Assembly: GCA_963752285.1 (NCBI GenBank)
Contig: CAVVXN010000005.1
Span: 2,240,001 to 2,304,000 of the forward strand
DNA: 64,000 nucleotides
Reading direction: 5' to 3'
From: an uncultured Planctomycetota bacterium
Lineage (GTDB): Bacteria; Planctomycetota; PLA2; JAEUHO01
In this document: positions 28,823 through 37,822 of the stretch, in pieces
How positions within the stretch are numbered: position 1 is the first letter of the stretch
Layout of the letters: each line of letters opens with the position of its first letter
Made by a program: the position numbers and the translations under genes
Notes under the pieces: generated by a model
Database searches by the model: none
Seen by the model: only the letters and a program-made list of their open reading frames with translations
Told to the model about the DNA's origin: nothing

Positions 28823-29721
28823 ACCCCGCGCGCGCCGAAGAGGGTTCGACGACTCCCTACGACCCCCAGGCCGTCGTCCGCTTCGGCACCTCCTCGTTCT
28901 CGTCCGAAGACTGGGTGGGGCCGTTCTATCCGCCCGGCACGCCCGCGGCCGCCTTCCTCGCGTACTACGCGCGCCAGTTCGACACCGTCGAGATGGACAC
29001 GACGTACTACCGCGTTCCGAGCGCACGTCTCGTGGACGGGTGGGCCGAGAAGACGCCGCCCTCGTTCCTCGTCTCGGCGAAGTTCCCGCGCGACGTCGTG
29101 CACGCCGGCCGGGAGGCCGCGCCGGACGCGCGCCTGATCCTCGACCCCGACCAGACGTACGAGGTTCGCGACCGGTTCCTCGAGGTGATGGGCCGGCTCG
29201 GACCGCGCCTCGGGCCGCTCGTGCTCCAGTTCCCCTACTTCAACCGCGAGGCGTTCCCGTCGGTCGGCCCCTTCCTGGACCGCCTGGACCGCTTCCTCGC
29301 CGACCTGCCTCGCGAGGGCCAGCGGTACGCGGTCGAGGTCCGAAACCGCGCGTGGGTCGCAAAGCCCCTCCGCGACCTCCTCGCCCAACGCGACACGAGC
29401 CTCGTGCTCGTGGACCAGGCGTGGATGCCGCACGGGGACGAGGTCGAGAAGAAGCTGGACCCCGTCACCGCCGACCCGGTCTACGTCCGGCTCCTCGGCG
29501 ACCGCAAGGCGATCGAGCGCGTGACGAGGCGGTGGGACCGCGAGGTCGTGGACCACGGGGAGCGGATGGAGCGCTGGGCCTCGCTGCTCGTCCGCGTGAT
29601 GCGTCGGGGCGTCCGCGTGGTGGTCTACGCGAACAACCACTACGCCGGGCACGGTCCCACGACGGTCCGCCGCCTGGTCGAGATGTTCGAGCGCGCTCGC
29701 GAGGTTCAGCGCCGGACGTAG
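28819..29721 (+). CDS. DUF72 (YecE) family protein
   Basis: RFGTSSFS..DWVGPFYP, YARQFDTVEMDTTYY, LGPLVLQFP, AVEVRN, YVRLLG, YANNHY.GH. The start is uncertain (CTG at 28819 proposed). Confidence 0.88.
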   Translation: MNPARAEEGSTTPYDPQAVVRFGTSSFSSEDWVGPFYPPGTPAAAFLAYYARQFDTVEMDTTYYRVPSARLVDGWAEKTPPSFLVSAKFPRDVVHAGREAAPDARLILDPDQTYEVRDRFLEVMGRLGPRLGPLVLQFPYFNREAFPSVGPFLDRLDRFLADLPREGQRYAVEVRNRAWVAKPLRDLLAQRDTSLVLVDQAWMPHGDEVEKKLDPVTADPVYVRLLGDRKAIERVTRRWDREVVDHGERMERWASLLVRVMRRGVRVVVYANNHYAGHGPTTVRRLVEMFERAREVQRRT

Positions 29722-32501
29722 ACGCCGTCGTGCGCGGCCGCGAGGCGGCGGAGCAGCTCGCTGTCCCTGCCGAGCGAGACCGCGTGGATGGCGATCCTCC
29801 GGGTCAGCTCGATCCGCGCGACCGCCCGGAGGACGTCCTGCGTCCCGACGTAGCGGCCCTCGCTCGGGGCGCCGTCGGAGAGGAGGAAGACGGTGTCCAC
29901 CTCGGGCTCCAGGAGCGCGGCCTCCAGGGCGTCGTAGAGGTCGGTCCCCCCGCCGGGCGTGGCGTCCCGGAGGAACGCGTCCAGGTCCTCGCGGGCCCGG
30001 GGGGTGAGGGGCGTAGGGTGCGCGTGCCACACCGAGACGCCGCCGTGGAAGACGGCGACGTACACCGAGGCGGCGTCCGGCAGCGAGCCGACCGCGCTCC
30101 GGACCTCCTCGACCGCCCTCTCGAAGCGCGAGCGTCCTTCGGCCGCTCGACCCGTCCCCTCCGCGTCTTCGAGGGCCATCGAGCCGCTGCCGTCCACCAC
30201 GAACGCCACGTGGAGCGAACGCACGGCGATCCCGTAGAAGCCGGCGCGCGTCGTCCCGCGGTCGAGCGCCGGAAACGGGGGCACGCTGGCCGGGAGGACG
30301 AACCCCGGGCCGTGCTCGTCGAGCCAACGTCTCCAGGTGGCGGCGTCGTCGTAGAGGTTCACGCCGGTGATCGCATAGAGCGCCTTCGCGACCGCATCCC
30401 GGACCCGCACGTTGTCCTCCTTCTCGAGGCGCTCCACGAGCGGCGGGATCGCCTCGGGGGCCCGGAGTCCCCCCAGCGCCTCGGCGGCCGCGAGACGGAC
30501 GGTCCAGCGCGGGTGCGCGAGGTCCGGCAGCACGCGGGCGCCCGCGCCCGCGGCGCCCGACGCGGCGATCGCGTCGATCCCGAGCACGTGGTCCTCCCAG
30601 TCGCGCGAGCCGAGGAGTCCTTCGAGGAAGGACCGGACCCGGGCGTCGTCCGAGCGAAGTCTCACGAGCGCGCGGATCGCCGCCTCGCGAACGAGACGGT
30701 CGCGGTCGCGGGCGCGCGTCAAGAGGACGGGCGCCGCGGCGACGACCCTCCGGTCGCCGAGCGTCTCCAGCAGGAGGACGACGACGCGCCGGTCGCGCTC
30801 CCGGCCCGCGCGGTCGAGGAACGCGCGCGTCACGTCGTCGCGGACCCACGACGAGAGCGCGTCGGCGGCCACGAGCCGCACCGCGACGTCACGGTGCTGC
30901 AGGCCCGCGAGCAGCGACCTGAGCGCCCCTACGCCCCGGATCGGCGCGAGGGCCGCGACCACGTCGGGAAGCAGCGCGGGGGGGGCGTCGGTCGCCATCC
31001 CGAGCATGGCCGTCACCGCGTCGCCGTCGCCGATCCGCCCGAGCACCTCGACGGCCGCGCGCGCCACCGTCTCGTCCACCGGGCGGTCGCGTGACGCTTC
31101 GATCGCGCGCGTCTTCGCCACCGCGGGGTCGAGGAGCAGCAGGTCCCGGAGCGCGTCGGCGCGGAGCGACGGCAGGGGCGACGCGATCGCCTGGACGACG
31201 ACGTACGCGGGCGGCCCGGACGGCAGGGTCGCGAGCCCTTCGTAGATCGTCCGCCGGATCGCCGCCGCCGACTGCACCCGCCACGTGTCGAGCGCCACCC
31301 GGACCGCCCTCTCGTCTCCGATCCACGCGAGGGCCCGGGCCGCCGCGCCCGCGACGTTCGCGGGCCCGCGCGCGGCGAGGTCGAGGAGGACCGTCTCCCG
31401 GTCGGGCGCGCCCATGCCGTGGAGCGCCGCGACCGCCGCGATCGCGATGGCCGGGGTCTCGCTCCGCGCGAGCGTCGTGACGCGCGCGGCGCCGAGATCG
31501 AGGTACGCGGCATCGCCCATCGCTCGAATCGCCGCCGTGCGGGCGTTCAGGTCGTGGTCGGTCGTCGCGAGGGTCCAGAGCGCCTCGAACGCGCGCGGCG
31601 TGCCGAGGCGCCCCACGAGGCCGATGGCCTCCGCGCGCTCGGCGTACAGGCGCGAGCCCTCCGCGGCGAGCCGCGCCGAGAGCGCCTCGAACGAGAGATC
31701 GGGCGGCGGCGCGCGGACACCGGACGGCGGGGGGAGACGCCTGCGCCACGCGGGCGGCGGCGCCGGCGCGGGCTCGTCGGTGGCGCGAAAGACGACGCGC
31801 GCGCCCGAGGGCGGCGGCGGCGCGAGCACGAACGCCTTCCCCCCGAGCGCGAAGGGGCGGCCCACCTCGATCCGCTCGCGTCCCGCCGGCGCGGCGTCGA
31901 GGCGACCGTCGCCGTCGAGGTCGAGCCACGCGAGCACGTGGGCCGGGTCGTCGAAGCGCACGTTCCCGTCGTCGCTCTCGAGCGCGAGCACGCGGACCCT
32001 GTCGCCGATCGTCACCCGCCCGGTGCGGTGCGCCCAGGGCGTCCAGAGGAGGCCGGCCTCGGGGGTGGACGCCGCGCGGGAGATGCGTACGGGGACGGTC
32101 TCCTCGCCGTCGGGGAACGCCACCCGGACCTGGACGACGTGCTCCGCCGCGGCCGACCGGGACCACGGTCGCGGCGGCTCCTCGGAGAGGTCCTGGTCGA
32201 GATCGGCGTCCACCCACAACCGCTCGCGACCGGGGGCGACGTCGATCGCGACCGTGACCGTCCCCCCGGCGCCCCACGGGAGCCGGGCGAATCGGCCCGA
32301 ACCGAGGTCCGCGGGCGGCACGACGCCGGCGGGCGGCTCCGAAACGAGCGTCGCGACCGCCGTGCCGGGGACCCCGACGACGTCCGGCTCCCACTCGAGG
32401 TCCTGCGCCACCTCCTCCGACGCGCCCGAGGAGGTCCCCGGCCCGACGACGAGGAGGCCCAGCAGGGCGAGGGCCAGGGACATCCGGGCGCGCCGCGGCA
32501 T
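29706..32501 (-). CDS. Exported HEAT-repeat + von Willebrand A domain protein
   Basis: Signal peptide, beta-rich N-terminal region with DLDGDG, long HEAT array, then vWA MIDAS (VVDGSGSM, GGTDL, LSDGAP). Confidence 0.85.
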   Translation of the reverse strand: MPRRARMSLALALLGLLVVGPGTSSGASEEVAQDLEWEPDVVGVPGTAVATLVSEPPAGVVPPADLGSGRFARLPWGAGGTVTVAIDVAPGRERLWVDADLDQDLSEEPPRPWSRSAAAEHVVQVRVAFPDGEETVPVRISRAASTPEAGLLWTPWAHRTGRVTIGDRVRVLALESDDGNVRFDDPAHVLAWLDLDGDGRLDAAPAGRERIEVGRPFALGGKAFVLAPPPPSGARVVFRATDEPAPAPPPAWRRRLPPPSGVRAPPPDLSFEALSARLAAEGSRLYAERAEAIGLVGRLGTPRAFEALWTLATTDHDLNARTAAIRAMGDAAYLDLGAARVTTLARSETPAIAIAAVAALHGMGAPDRETVLLDLAARGPANVAGAAARALAWIGDERAVRVALDTWRVQSAAAIRRTIYEGLATLPSGPPAYVVVQAIASPLPSLRADALRDLLLLDPAVAKTRAIEASRDRPVDETVARAAVEVLGRIGDGDAVTAMLGMATDAPPALLPDVVAALAPIRGVGALRSLLAGLQHRDVAVRLVAADALSSWVRDDVTRAFLDRAGRERDRRVVVLLLETLGDRRVVAAAPVLLTRARDRDRLVREAAIRALVRLRSDDARVRSFLEGLLGSRDWEDHVLGIDAIAASGAAGAGARVLPDLAHPRWTVRLAAAEALGGLRAPEAIPPLVERLEKEDNVRVRDAVAKALYAITGVNLYDDAATWRRWLDEHGPGFVLPASVPPFPALDRGTTRAGFYGIAVRSLHVAFVVDGSGSMALEDAEGTGRAAEGRSRFERAVEEVRSAVGSLPDAASVYVAVFHGGVSVWHAHPTPLTPRAREDLDAFLRDATPGGGTDLYDALEAALLEPEVDTVFLLSDGAPSEGRYVGTQDVLRAVARIELTRRIAIHAVSLGRDSELLRRLAAAHDGVYVRR

Positions 32502-32553
32502 CGGGTCATGATACGGAGCTCCGCGTGCTCCGCCCCGCCGCGTTCACCGAGCC

Positions 32554-33456
32554 TCAACCCTCGAGCAAGCGCACCAGGCGGTCGCGGGGAAGGAGCCACC
32601 GGCGCCGGAGGAGCGAGCCGTACCCGGACGACTGCTCCTCGCCGAAGCGCTTCGCGTCGAGGCGCCCCTGGGCGAGGTCGAGCAGGAGGTCTTCCGCGTG
32701 CTCGCGCTCCGACGTGTCCTCCGGGAGCGCGCGCACGCGAGCCTGAAGGCGCGCCTCCTCGGCCTCCTGGAGCGCGGCGACCAGCGCGCGGACCTCGGCG
32801 AGCAGCGCGCGGAGCTCGACGCGCGTCTCTTGGAGCCCCTGGAGCGCCTCGTCGAGCACGGCCTTGGCCGCGTGCTGGTTGGCGCGCCGCGCGTCGTCCA
32901 GGGCCTTCTTCTCGCCCGCGCGGACCTTCGCCTCGTCCTTCGCGGTGACGATGCCCCCGCCCCCGGTGGCCTTCATGGTCCCGATGAACAGGCGCTGGCG
33001 CCACACGACGCGCACCCGTTCGTGCTGGAGGAGGGCGCCGGCGAGCTCGGTGTAGAGCGCGGCCATCTCGCGGACGGTCGTGGGCCAGAGGCTCGCCCGG
33101 ATCCGCTCGGGCCGCCGGGCGGCGTCGTACTCCCACGCCCGCGCGCTCGCGAGGCGCTCCACGCGCGCTCCCATCCGACGCGCGCGCGGCTCGATCGCGG
33201 CCTTCCACGCGTCGTACCGGACGCGCTCCGCCGCGGTGCGCGGGGGCGCCGCGAGCAGGCCCCGCAGGTGGTCGGCGAGCAGGACCACCCGGTCCCTCGG
33301 CGTCGCGCTTCTCTCGACGCCGGCAGCCGGCCCGGGGGCGCCGCTCCGGTTCCCCCCCTTCGGTTTCGCGCTCGAGGCCGACGCTCTCTTCGTCCCGGCC
33401 ACCGCGGTCCTCCGGCTCGCCCCCTCGCGGGCGGGGAAGACCTTACCGCAGCGCAC
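32554..33456 (-). CDS. Hypothetical coiled-coil protein
   Basis: Helical/coiled-coil ORF between the co-oriented CAP and HEAT-vWA genes. The start is uncertain. Confidence 0.55.
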   Translation of the reverse strand: MRCGKVFPAREGASRRTAVAGTKRASASSAKPKGGNRSGAPGPAAGVERSATPRDRVVLLADHLRGLLAAPPRTAAERVRYDAWKAAIEPRARRMGARVERLASARAWEYDAARRPERIRASLWPTTVREMAALYTELAGALLQHERVRVVWRQRLFIGTMKATGGGGIVTAKDEAKVRAGEKKALDDARRANQHAAKAVLDEALQGLQETRVELRALLAEVRALVAALQEAEEARLQARVRALPEDTSEREHAEDLLLDLAQGRLDAKRFGEEQSSGYGSLLRRRWLLPRDRLVRLLEG

Positions 33457-33487
33457 GCCGCAGGCGAAGCGGCCCGATCCGGACGCG

Positions 33488-34045
33488 CTACTCCCCTTCC
33501 GGTCGGAAGAGGTCGAGCGTCCACCAGGGACCGTCGGCCGGCCCCGTGTGGACCCCGACGCCCGCGCGCGTGAAGCCGGGCGTCAGGATGTTCGCCTCGT
33601 GCCCGGGGGACTCCATCCAGGCGCGCACGACGGCCTCGGGCGTGCCGACGCCCCGCGCGATGTTCTCCCCGACGAGCGTCAACGCGAAGCCCGCCGCGGC
33701 GAGGCGCTCCTCCGGACCGAGCCCCTGTGGGTTCACGTGGTCGAAGAACCCCTCGACGTCCATGTCCCAGGCGTGGGCGTAGGCGACCTCGGCCGCCCTC
33801 TCGTCCCACGCGAGGGGCAGGAGGCCGGCCGCCTGACGCTCCTCGTTCACGTGCAGGAGGACCTCCTCCGCCCAGACGCGCTCGCCGGACGACATCGTCG
33901 CGTACGTCCCGGGACCGCCGTCGGGGACGACGGCCGCGGTCGAGTCGAGGAGGCTCGCGGCTCCGCACCCCGCGAGGGAGAGGGCCGAGGCGAGGACCAG
34001 CAGAGGGGAGAGCGCGAGGAGGAGGTGCGCACGTCGCGTGGTCAT
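33488..34045 (-). CDS. CAP/SCP domain lipoprotein
   Basis: Lipobox LAGC. VNEER...GL.PL, HAWDM...FFDH, GENIA.G, WMESPGH..NIL. Confidence 0.9.
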   Translation of the reverse strand: MTTRRAHLLLALSPLLVLASALSLAGCGAASLLDSTAAVVPDGGPGTYATMSSGERVWAEEVLLHVNEERQAAGLLPLAWDERAAEVAYAHAWDMDVEGFFDHVNPQGLGPEERLAAAGFALTLVGENIARGVGTPEAVVRAWMESPGHEANILTPGFTRAGVGVHTGPADGPWWTLDLFRPEGE

Positions 34046-34161
34046 CTCGCACGGATCATCGGACGGTCCGTGGGTCCGCTGAAGACGCGCCCCAACGGTT
34101 CGCTCCGGATTCGCGCGCACCACGACCGCGCGCCGCGAGGTACATGGCCCTCCGAACGCTC

Positions 34162-34950
34162 CTACCTCGGGTCGAAGGTCGCGGGTTCGTCGAGGAAGAG
34201 CACGACGGGCGCGTGATCGGAGGGCTTCTTGCCCTTTCGCTCGTCACGGTCCACGAGCACGCCCGTGGTGCGCCGCGCCACGGCCTGGGTGCCGAGCACG
34301 AGGTCGATCCGGAGGCCGGCGTTCCGGGGGAAGGAGAGCTGACGGTAGTCCCACCACGTGAAGACGCCGGGCCGCGCGTCGTGGAGGCGCAGCAGGTCGC
34401 TGAGCCCCCAGGCCCGTAGGTACGCGAGCGCCGCGTGCTCGTCCGGGTGGAAGAGGACGTGCCCGCGCCACGCCTCCGGGTCGTGCACGTCCTCGTCTTT
34501 CGGCGCGACGTTGAAGTCGCCGAGGACGACGACGGGGTCCTCGGGGCTCGCCGTCCGTTCGAGCAGCCCGCGGAGCCTGCGGATCCAGTCGAGCTTGTAA
34601 GGGAACTTGGGGCTGTCCGGCGACTGCCCGTTCGGCACGTACACCCCCACCACCCGGACGCCGTCCACCCGGGCGGCGATCGAGCGCGCCTCCTCGCCCG
34701 TGGGGCCGTCGAGGCCCCGGCGGACCTCCTCGAGCGGGGTCTTCGAGAGGAGGGCCACCCCGTTCCAGGTCTTCTGCCCGAACGTCTCGACCACGTAGCC
34801 CGCCGCCTCGAGGGGCGCGCGGGGGAAGGTCTCGTCCGTGCTCTTCGTCTCCTGGAGCGCCAGCACGTCGGGCCGGCGCCGCTCGAGCCACGACAGGAGC
34901 CGCTCGAGGCGCATCCGCACCGAGTTCACGTTCCACGTGGCGATGCGCAT
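34162..34950 (-). CDS. xth: Exodeoxyribonuclease III
   Basis: ATWNVNS, LQETK, NGVALLS, YVPNG, GDFNVAP, FTWWDYR, GLRID, PSDHAPV. Confidence 0.95.
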   Translation of the reverse strand: MRIATWNVNSVRMRLERLLSWLERRRPDVLALQETKSTDETFPRAPLEAAGYVVETFGQKTWNGVALLSKTPLEEVRRGLDGPTGEEARSIAARVDGVRVVGVYVPNGQSPDSPKFPYKLDWIRRLRGLLERTASPEDPVVVLGDFNVAPKDEDVHDPEAWRGHVLFHPDEHAALAYLRAWGLSDLLRLHDARPGVFTWWDYRQLSFPRNAGLRIDLVLGTQAVARRTTGVLVDRDERKGKKPSDHAPVVLFLDEPATFDPR

Positions 34951-35025
34951 CCGGCCTCCGCGCAGGCGGACCCGGCCGATCCGGACCCCGCCCCGCCGCC
35001 ACGCTACCCCGGGGCCCGCCTCTGA

Positions 35026-35053
35026 TTGACCCCGGTCCCTGCCGCACTACCCT
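35026..35053 (+). promoter_or_regulatory. Putative sigma70-type promoter (TTGACC-N16-TACCCT) for citrate synthase
   Basis: Both hexamers are visible in the divergent xth/citrate synthase intergenic region. Confidence 0.4.
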
Positions 35054-35102
35054 CGCCCGGACGCGCTCAGAGGCGCGAGAACCCCGCCCGGAGGGCGCGA
35101 TC

Positions 35103-36296
35103 ATGAGCCCCGAGACCCCCACGTCCCCCGAGCGCCCCGACGCGTCGAAGGTGCTCTTCGAGGTGACGGAGGCCCACCTCGACACGGGGCTCCGCGGCTA
35201 CCCCGTCGGCACCTGCCGGACGAGCAGCGTGGACCCCGAGCAGGGGCTCCACTACGTGGGCTACCCCATCCGCGACCTCAAGGACCTCCCCGCCGAGGAC
35301 GTCGTCTACCTCCTCTTCTTCAAGAGGCTGCCCACGCCCGACGAGGCCGCGGCGTTCCGGACGGACCTCGCCGCGCGGACGAAGGATGACGAGGGGCTCG
35401 ACCGGCTGCTCGAGCGCCTGCCGCGCCACGGGCACCCGATGTCGTGGTTCCAGGTCGCCCTGCAGTGGCTCTCGATGCAGGGCTCGACGGGCGACTGGCT
35501 CGAGGACGCGCTGAACGTCGTCGCGCGTTCGAGCGCCGTGGTCGCGGCGATCATCCGGACGCACCAGGGCTGGCCGCGTCCCAAGAAGCCGGCCCCGGAC
35601 CTCTCCTTCCACGAGACCTTCGCCACGCTCCTCGGGCACCCCGACCCGCACCCCGTGCTGCCCGAGCTGCTCCGTCTCTTCTACGTCCTCCACATGGACC
35701 ACGGCGGCGGCAACCTCTCGACGTTCGTCGGCAAGGCGGTCGCGTCGGGCAAGGCCGACGTCTGCTCCTCGCTCTCGGCCGCCATGGGCGCCCTCTACGG
35801 ACCGCGCCACGGCCGCGCGAACCAGGAGTGCCTCGCGTTCGTGAAGAGCATCGGCACGTCGGACCCGAAGGCGGTCGAGGCGCGCGTGCGCGGCATCCTC
35901 GACTCGGGCGGGCTCGTGTTCGGATTCGGCCACGCGGTGCTCCGGGTCGAGGACCCCCGCGCGGCGATCCAGTACGACTTCGGGCGGGAGCGCTTCCCCG
36001 ACCATCCGCTCGTTCGGACCGCCCTCGCGCTCCGCGAGGTGGTGCCGCCGATCCTCCAGGAGAACCCGAAGATCCAGAACCCGTACCCGAACGTGGACGC
36101 GGTCTCGGGCTCTCTCCTCACGGCGGCGGGCCTCGACGACCCCGAGCTCTACACGCTCCTCTTCGGGTGGTCGCGGTGCGCCGGCATCGCGGCGCAGATC
36201 GTGGACGAGCGCACGTTCCCCGGCAAGAAGGACGGGCTCCCGATCTACCGCCCGCGGTACCTGGCGAAGGACCAGCCGCGGCGCCACCTCGCGTGA
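35103..36296 (+). CDS. Citrate synthase, eukaryote-type motifs
   Basis: HMDHGGGN, LYGPRHGRANQE, GFGHAVLR.EDPR, NPYPNVDA.SG. Confidence 0.92.
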   Translation: MSPETPTSPERPDASKVLFEVTEAHLDTGLRGYPVGTCRTSSVDPEQGLHYVGYPIRDLKDLPAEDVVYLLFFKRLPTPDEAAAFRTDLAARTKDDEGLDRLLERLPRHGHPMSWFQVALQWLSMQGSTGDWLEDALNVVARSSAVVAAIIRTHQGWPRPKKPAPDLSFHETFATLLGHPDPHPVLPELLRLFYVLHMDHGGGNLSTFVGKAVASGKADVCSSLSAAMGALYGPRHGRANQECLAFVKSIGTSDPKAVEARVRGILDSGGLVFGFGHAVLRVEDPRAAIQYDFGRERFPDHPLVRTALALREVVPPILQENPKIQNPYPNVDAVSGSLLTAAGLDDPELYTLLFGWSRCAGIAAQIVDERTFPGKKDGLPIYRPRYLAKDQPRRHLA

Positions 36297-36317
36297 CGGC
36301 CGGCCGGGCCCGCGTCC

Positions 36318-37748
36318 TCAGCGGGGCGTCCCGGCCGCCTCCGTCCCGGTGTCCGCCTGGGCCAGGCCGTCGAGCGTCTCGTCGATGGCGGCGGCCGAGG
36401 CCTCCTCGTCCACGTTCGGCGCGGCGACGTTCGTGAGCTCGAGGACGTAGCGGCCCTCGCGGGCGATGGCGGTCGTCACGGTCACGCTCTGGCTCCCGAC
36501 CGCGACCGTCTTCGTGGCCTCGAAGCCCTGCCGCGCGCGGTCCTTCCCCACGCCCTTCTCGTAGCTGGAGCGGGTGATCCGGATCGACCCCGTGGACATG
36601 TGGTCGTCCTTGATCTTCTGCATGCTCCACTCGATGCCCTCGAAGTGCGCGGCGGCGTCGGCCGTGGCGAAGCGCATGAGGCAGGCGGTGAGCATGTGGT
36701 TCTGGTCGGCCGAGCTGGCCGTCACGAGGCGGCTCTCCTCGTAGCCGTCGAACGCGTGCTCGCGCTGCTCCGGCGGGAGCATCGCGAACTGCGGGGCGAG
36801 CGACGCCTCGAGGAGCGAGAGCTCGCGCGCGGGCAGGCCGGTCTTCTCGACCAGCGCCTTCAGAGGCAGGAGGAGGTCGTCGAGGGACGGCTCCTTCGGC
36901 GCGCTCTCGGGGTGGAGCCAGAGCTCGGGGTGCTCGATCTCGCGTGGCGACACGGGCGGCGTGCGGAGCGCCGCTTCCATGCCCTCGACCCCGCGCGACT
37001 CCTTCACCGCGTCGAAGAAGGCCAGGCCCTGGTGGTAGGCGAAGCCGACCTGCGTGGCCATGGTCTGGGCCACGAGCTTCGCGGCGCCCTCCGTTCCGGG
37101 CGGCACCTCGGAGATGCAGTCCACGTAGAGGTCGAACGCGTCACGGATGCCCCACGCGTCGCTGATCGCGCGCGCGACGATCTGGGCGTGTCCCTCGATC
37201 GTCGCCCCGAAGGCCTGCTGACCGTCCGTCGTCTTTCGCTTCTGGCGCTCCGCCTCCAGGCCGAAGCGTTGGAAGTCGAGCGCGTGGGTCGCCTCGTGGG
37301 CGAGGATCACGCGGAGGACGGGCTCGGACTCGATCGCGGGCCGGTTGAGGAGCTTCGCGACCAGTGCGGCGTTCCCGGGCACGACGTGGACGACGTCGGC
37401 CCCGGGCTCGTACTTCGCGAGGAGCATGTGCGTCATCAGGGAGAGCTGGGCGTCGATGGTCGCGGCGTCGGCCTGGGCCGAGAGCACCTCGTCGAGCTCG
37501 TGGTGGAGGATCGGCAGCAGGTCCTGCGGCGTCGAGATCCGGACCTTCGGGTGCTTCACGTACTTCGCCCCCGTGGCCTTCTCCACGGCGGCCACGGCCT
37601 CCTCGAACCGGCGCTCGACGAGCGCGGCGTCGGTCCAGGGCGAGGCGCCCGCCGCCTCGTCGGCGGCCCGGAGCGCCCCGGCGGTCAGGGCCAGGAAGGA
37701 GGCGAGGAAGGCGAGGGAGACGGCGGCGGAGCGTACGCGGTGCTTCAT
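36318..37748 (-). CDS. Exported putative zinc metallopeptidase (HEXXH)
   Basis: Signal peptide. ILAHEATHALD with downstream IEGHA, Y.QG..F and PP.S.REI.HPE. Confidence 0.7.
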   Translation of the reverse strand: MKHRVRSAAVSLAFLASFLALTAGALRAADEAAGASPWTDAALVERRFEEAVAAVEKATGAKYVKHPKVRISTPQDLLPILHHELDEVLSAQADAATIDAQLSLMTHMLLAKYEPGADVVHVVPGNAALVAKLLNRPAIESEPVLRVILAHEATHALDFQRFGLEAERQKRKTTDGQQAFGATIEGHAQIVARAISDAWGIRDAFDLYVDCISEVPPGTEGAAKLVAQTMATQVGFAYHQGLAFFDAVKESRGVEGMEAALRTPPVSPREIEHPELWLHPESAPKEPSLDDLLLPLKALVEKTGLPARELSLLEASLAPQFAMLPPEQREHAFDGYEESRLVTASSADQNHMLTACLMRFATADAAAHFEGIEWSMQKIKDDHMSTGSIRITRSSYEKGVGKDRARQGFEATKTVAVGSQSVTVTTAIAREGRYVLELTNVAAPNVDEEASAAAIDETLDGLAQADTGTEAAGTPR

Positions 37749-37822
37749 GGGAGGCGGATGGTACGAGCGGGCGGGGCCGTCCGCGACGGGGGCGGCCCCG
37801 CCGCCCCGGACGGGGAACCCCC

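Noticed and set aside
29706..29721. Convergent 3' overlap of the DUF72 and HEAT-vWA genes
   Set aside because: Short tail-to-tail overlaps are routine in high-GC genomes.
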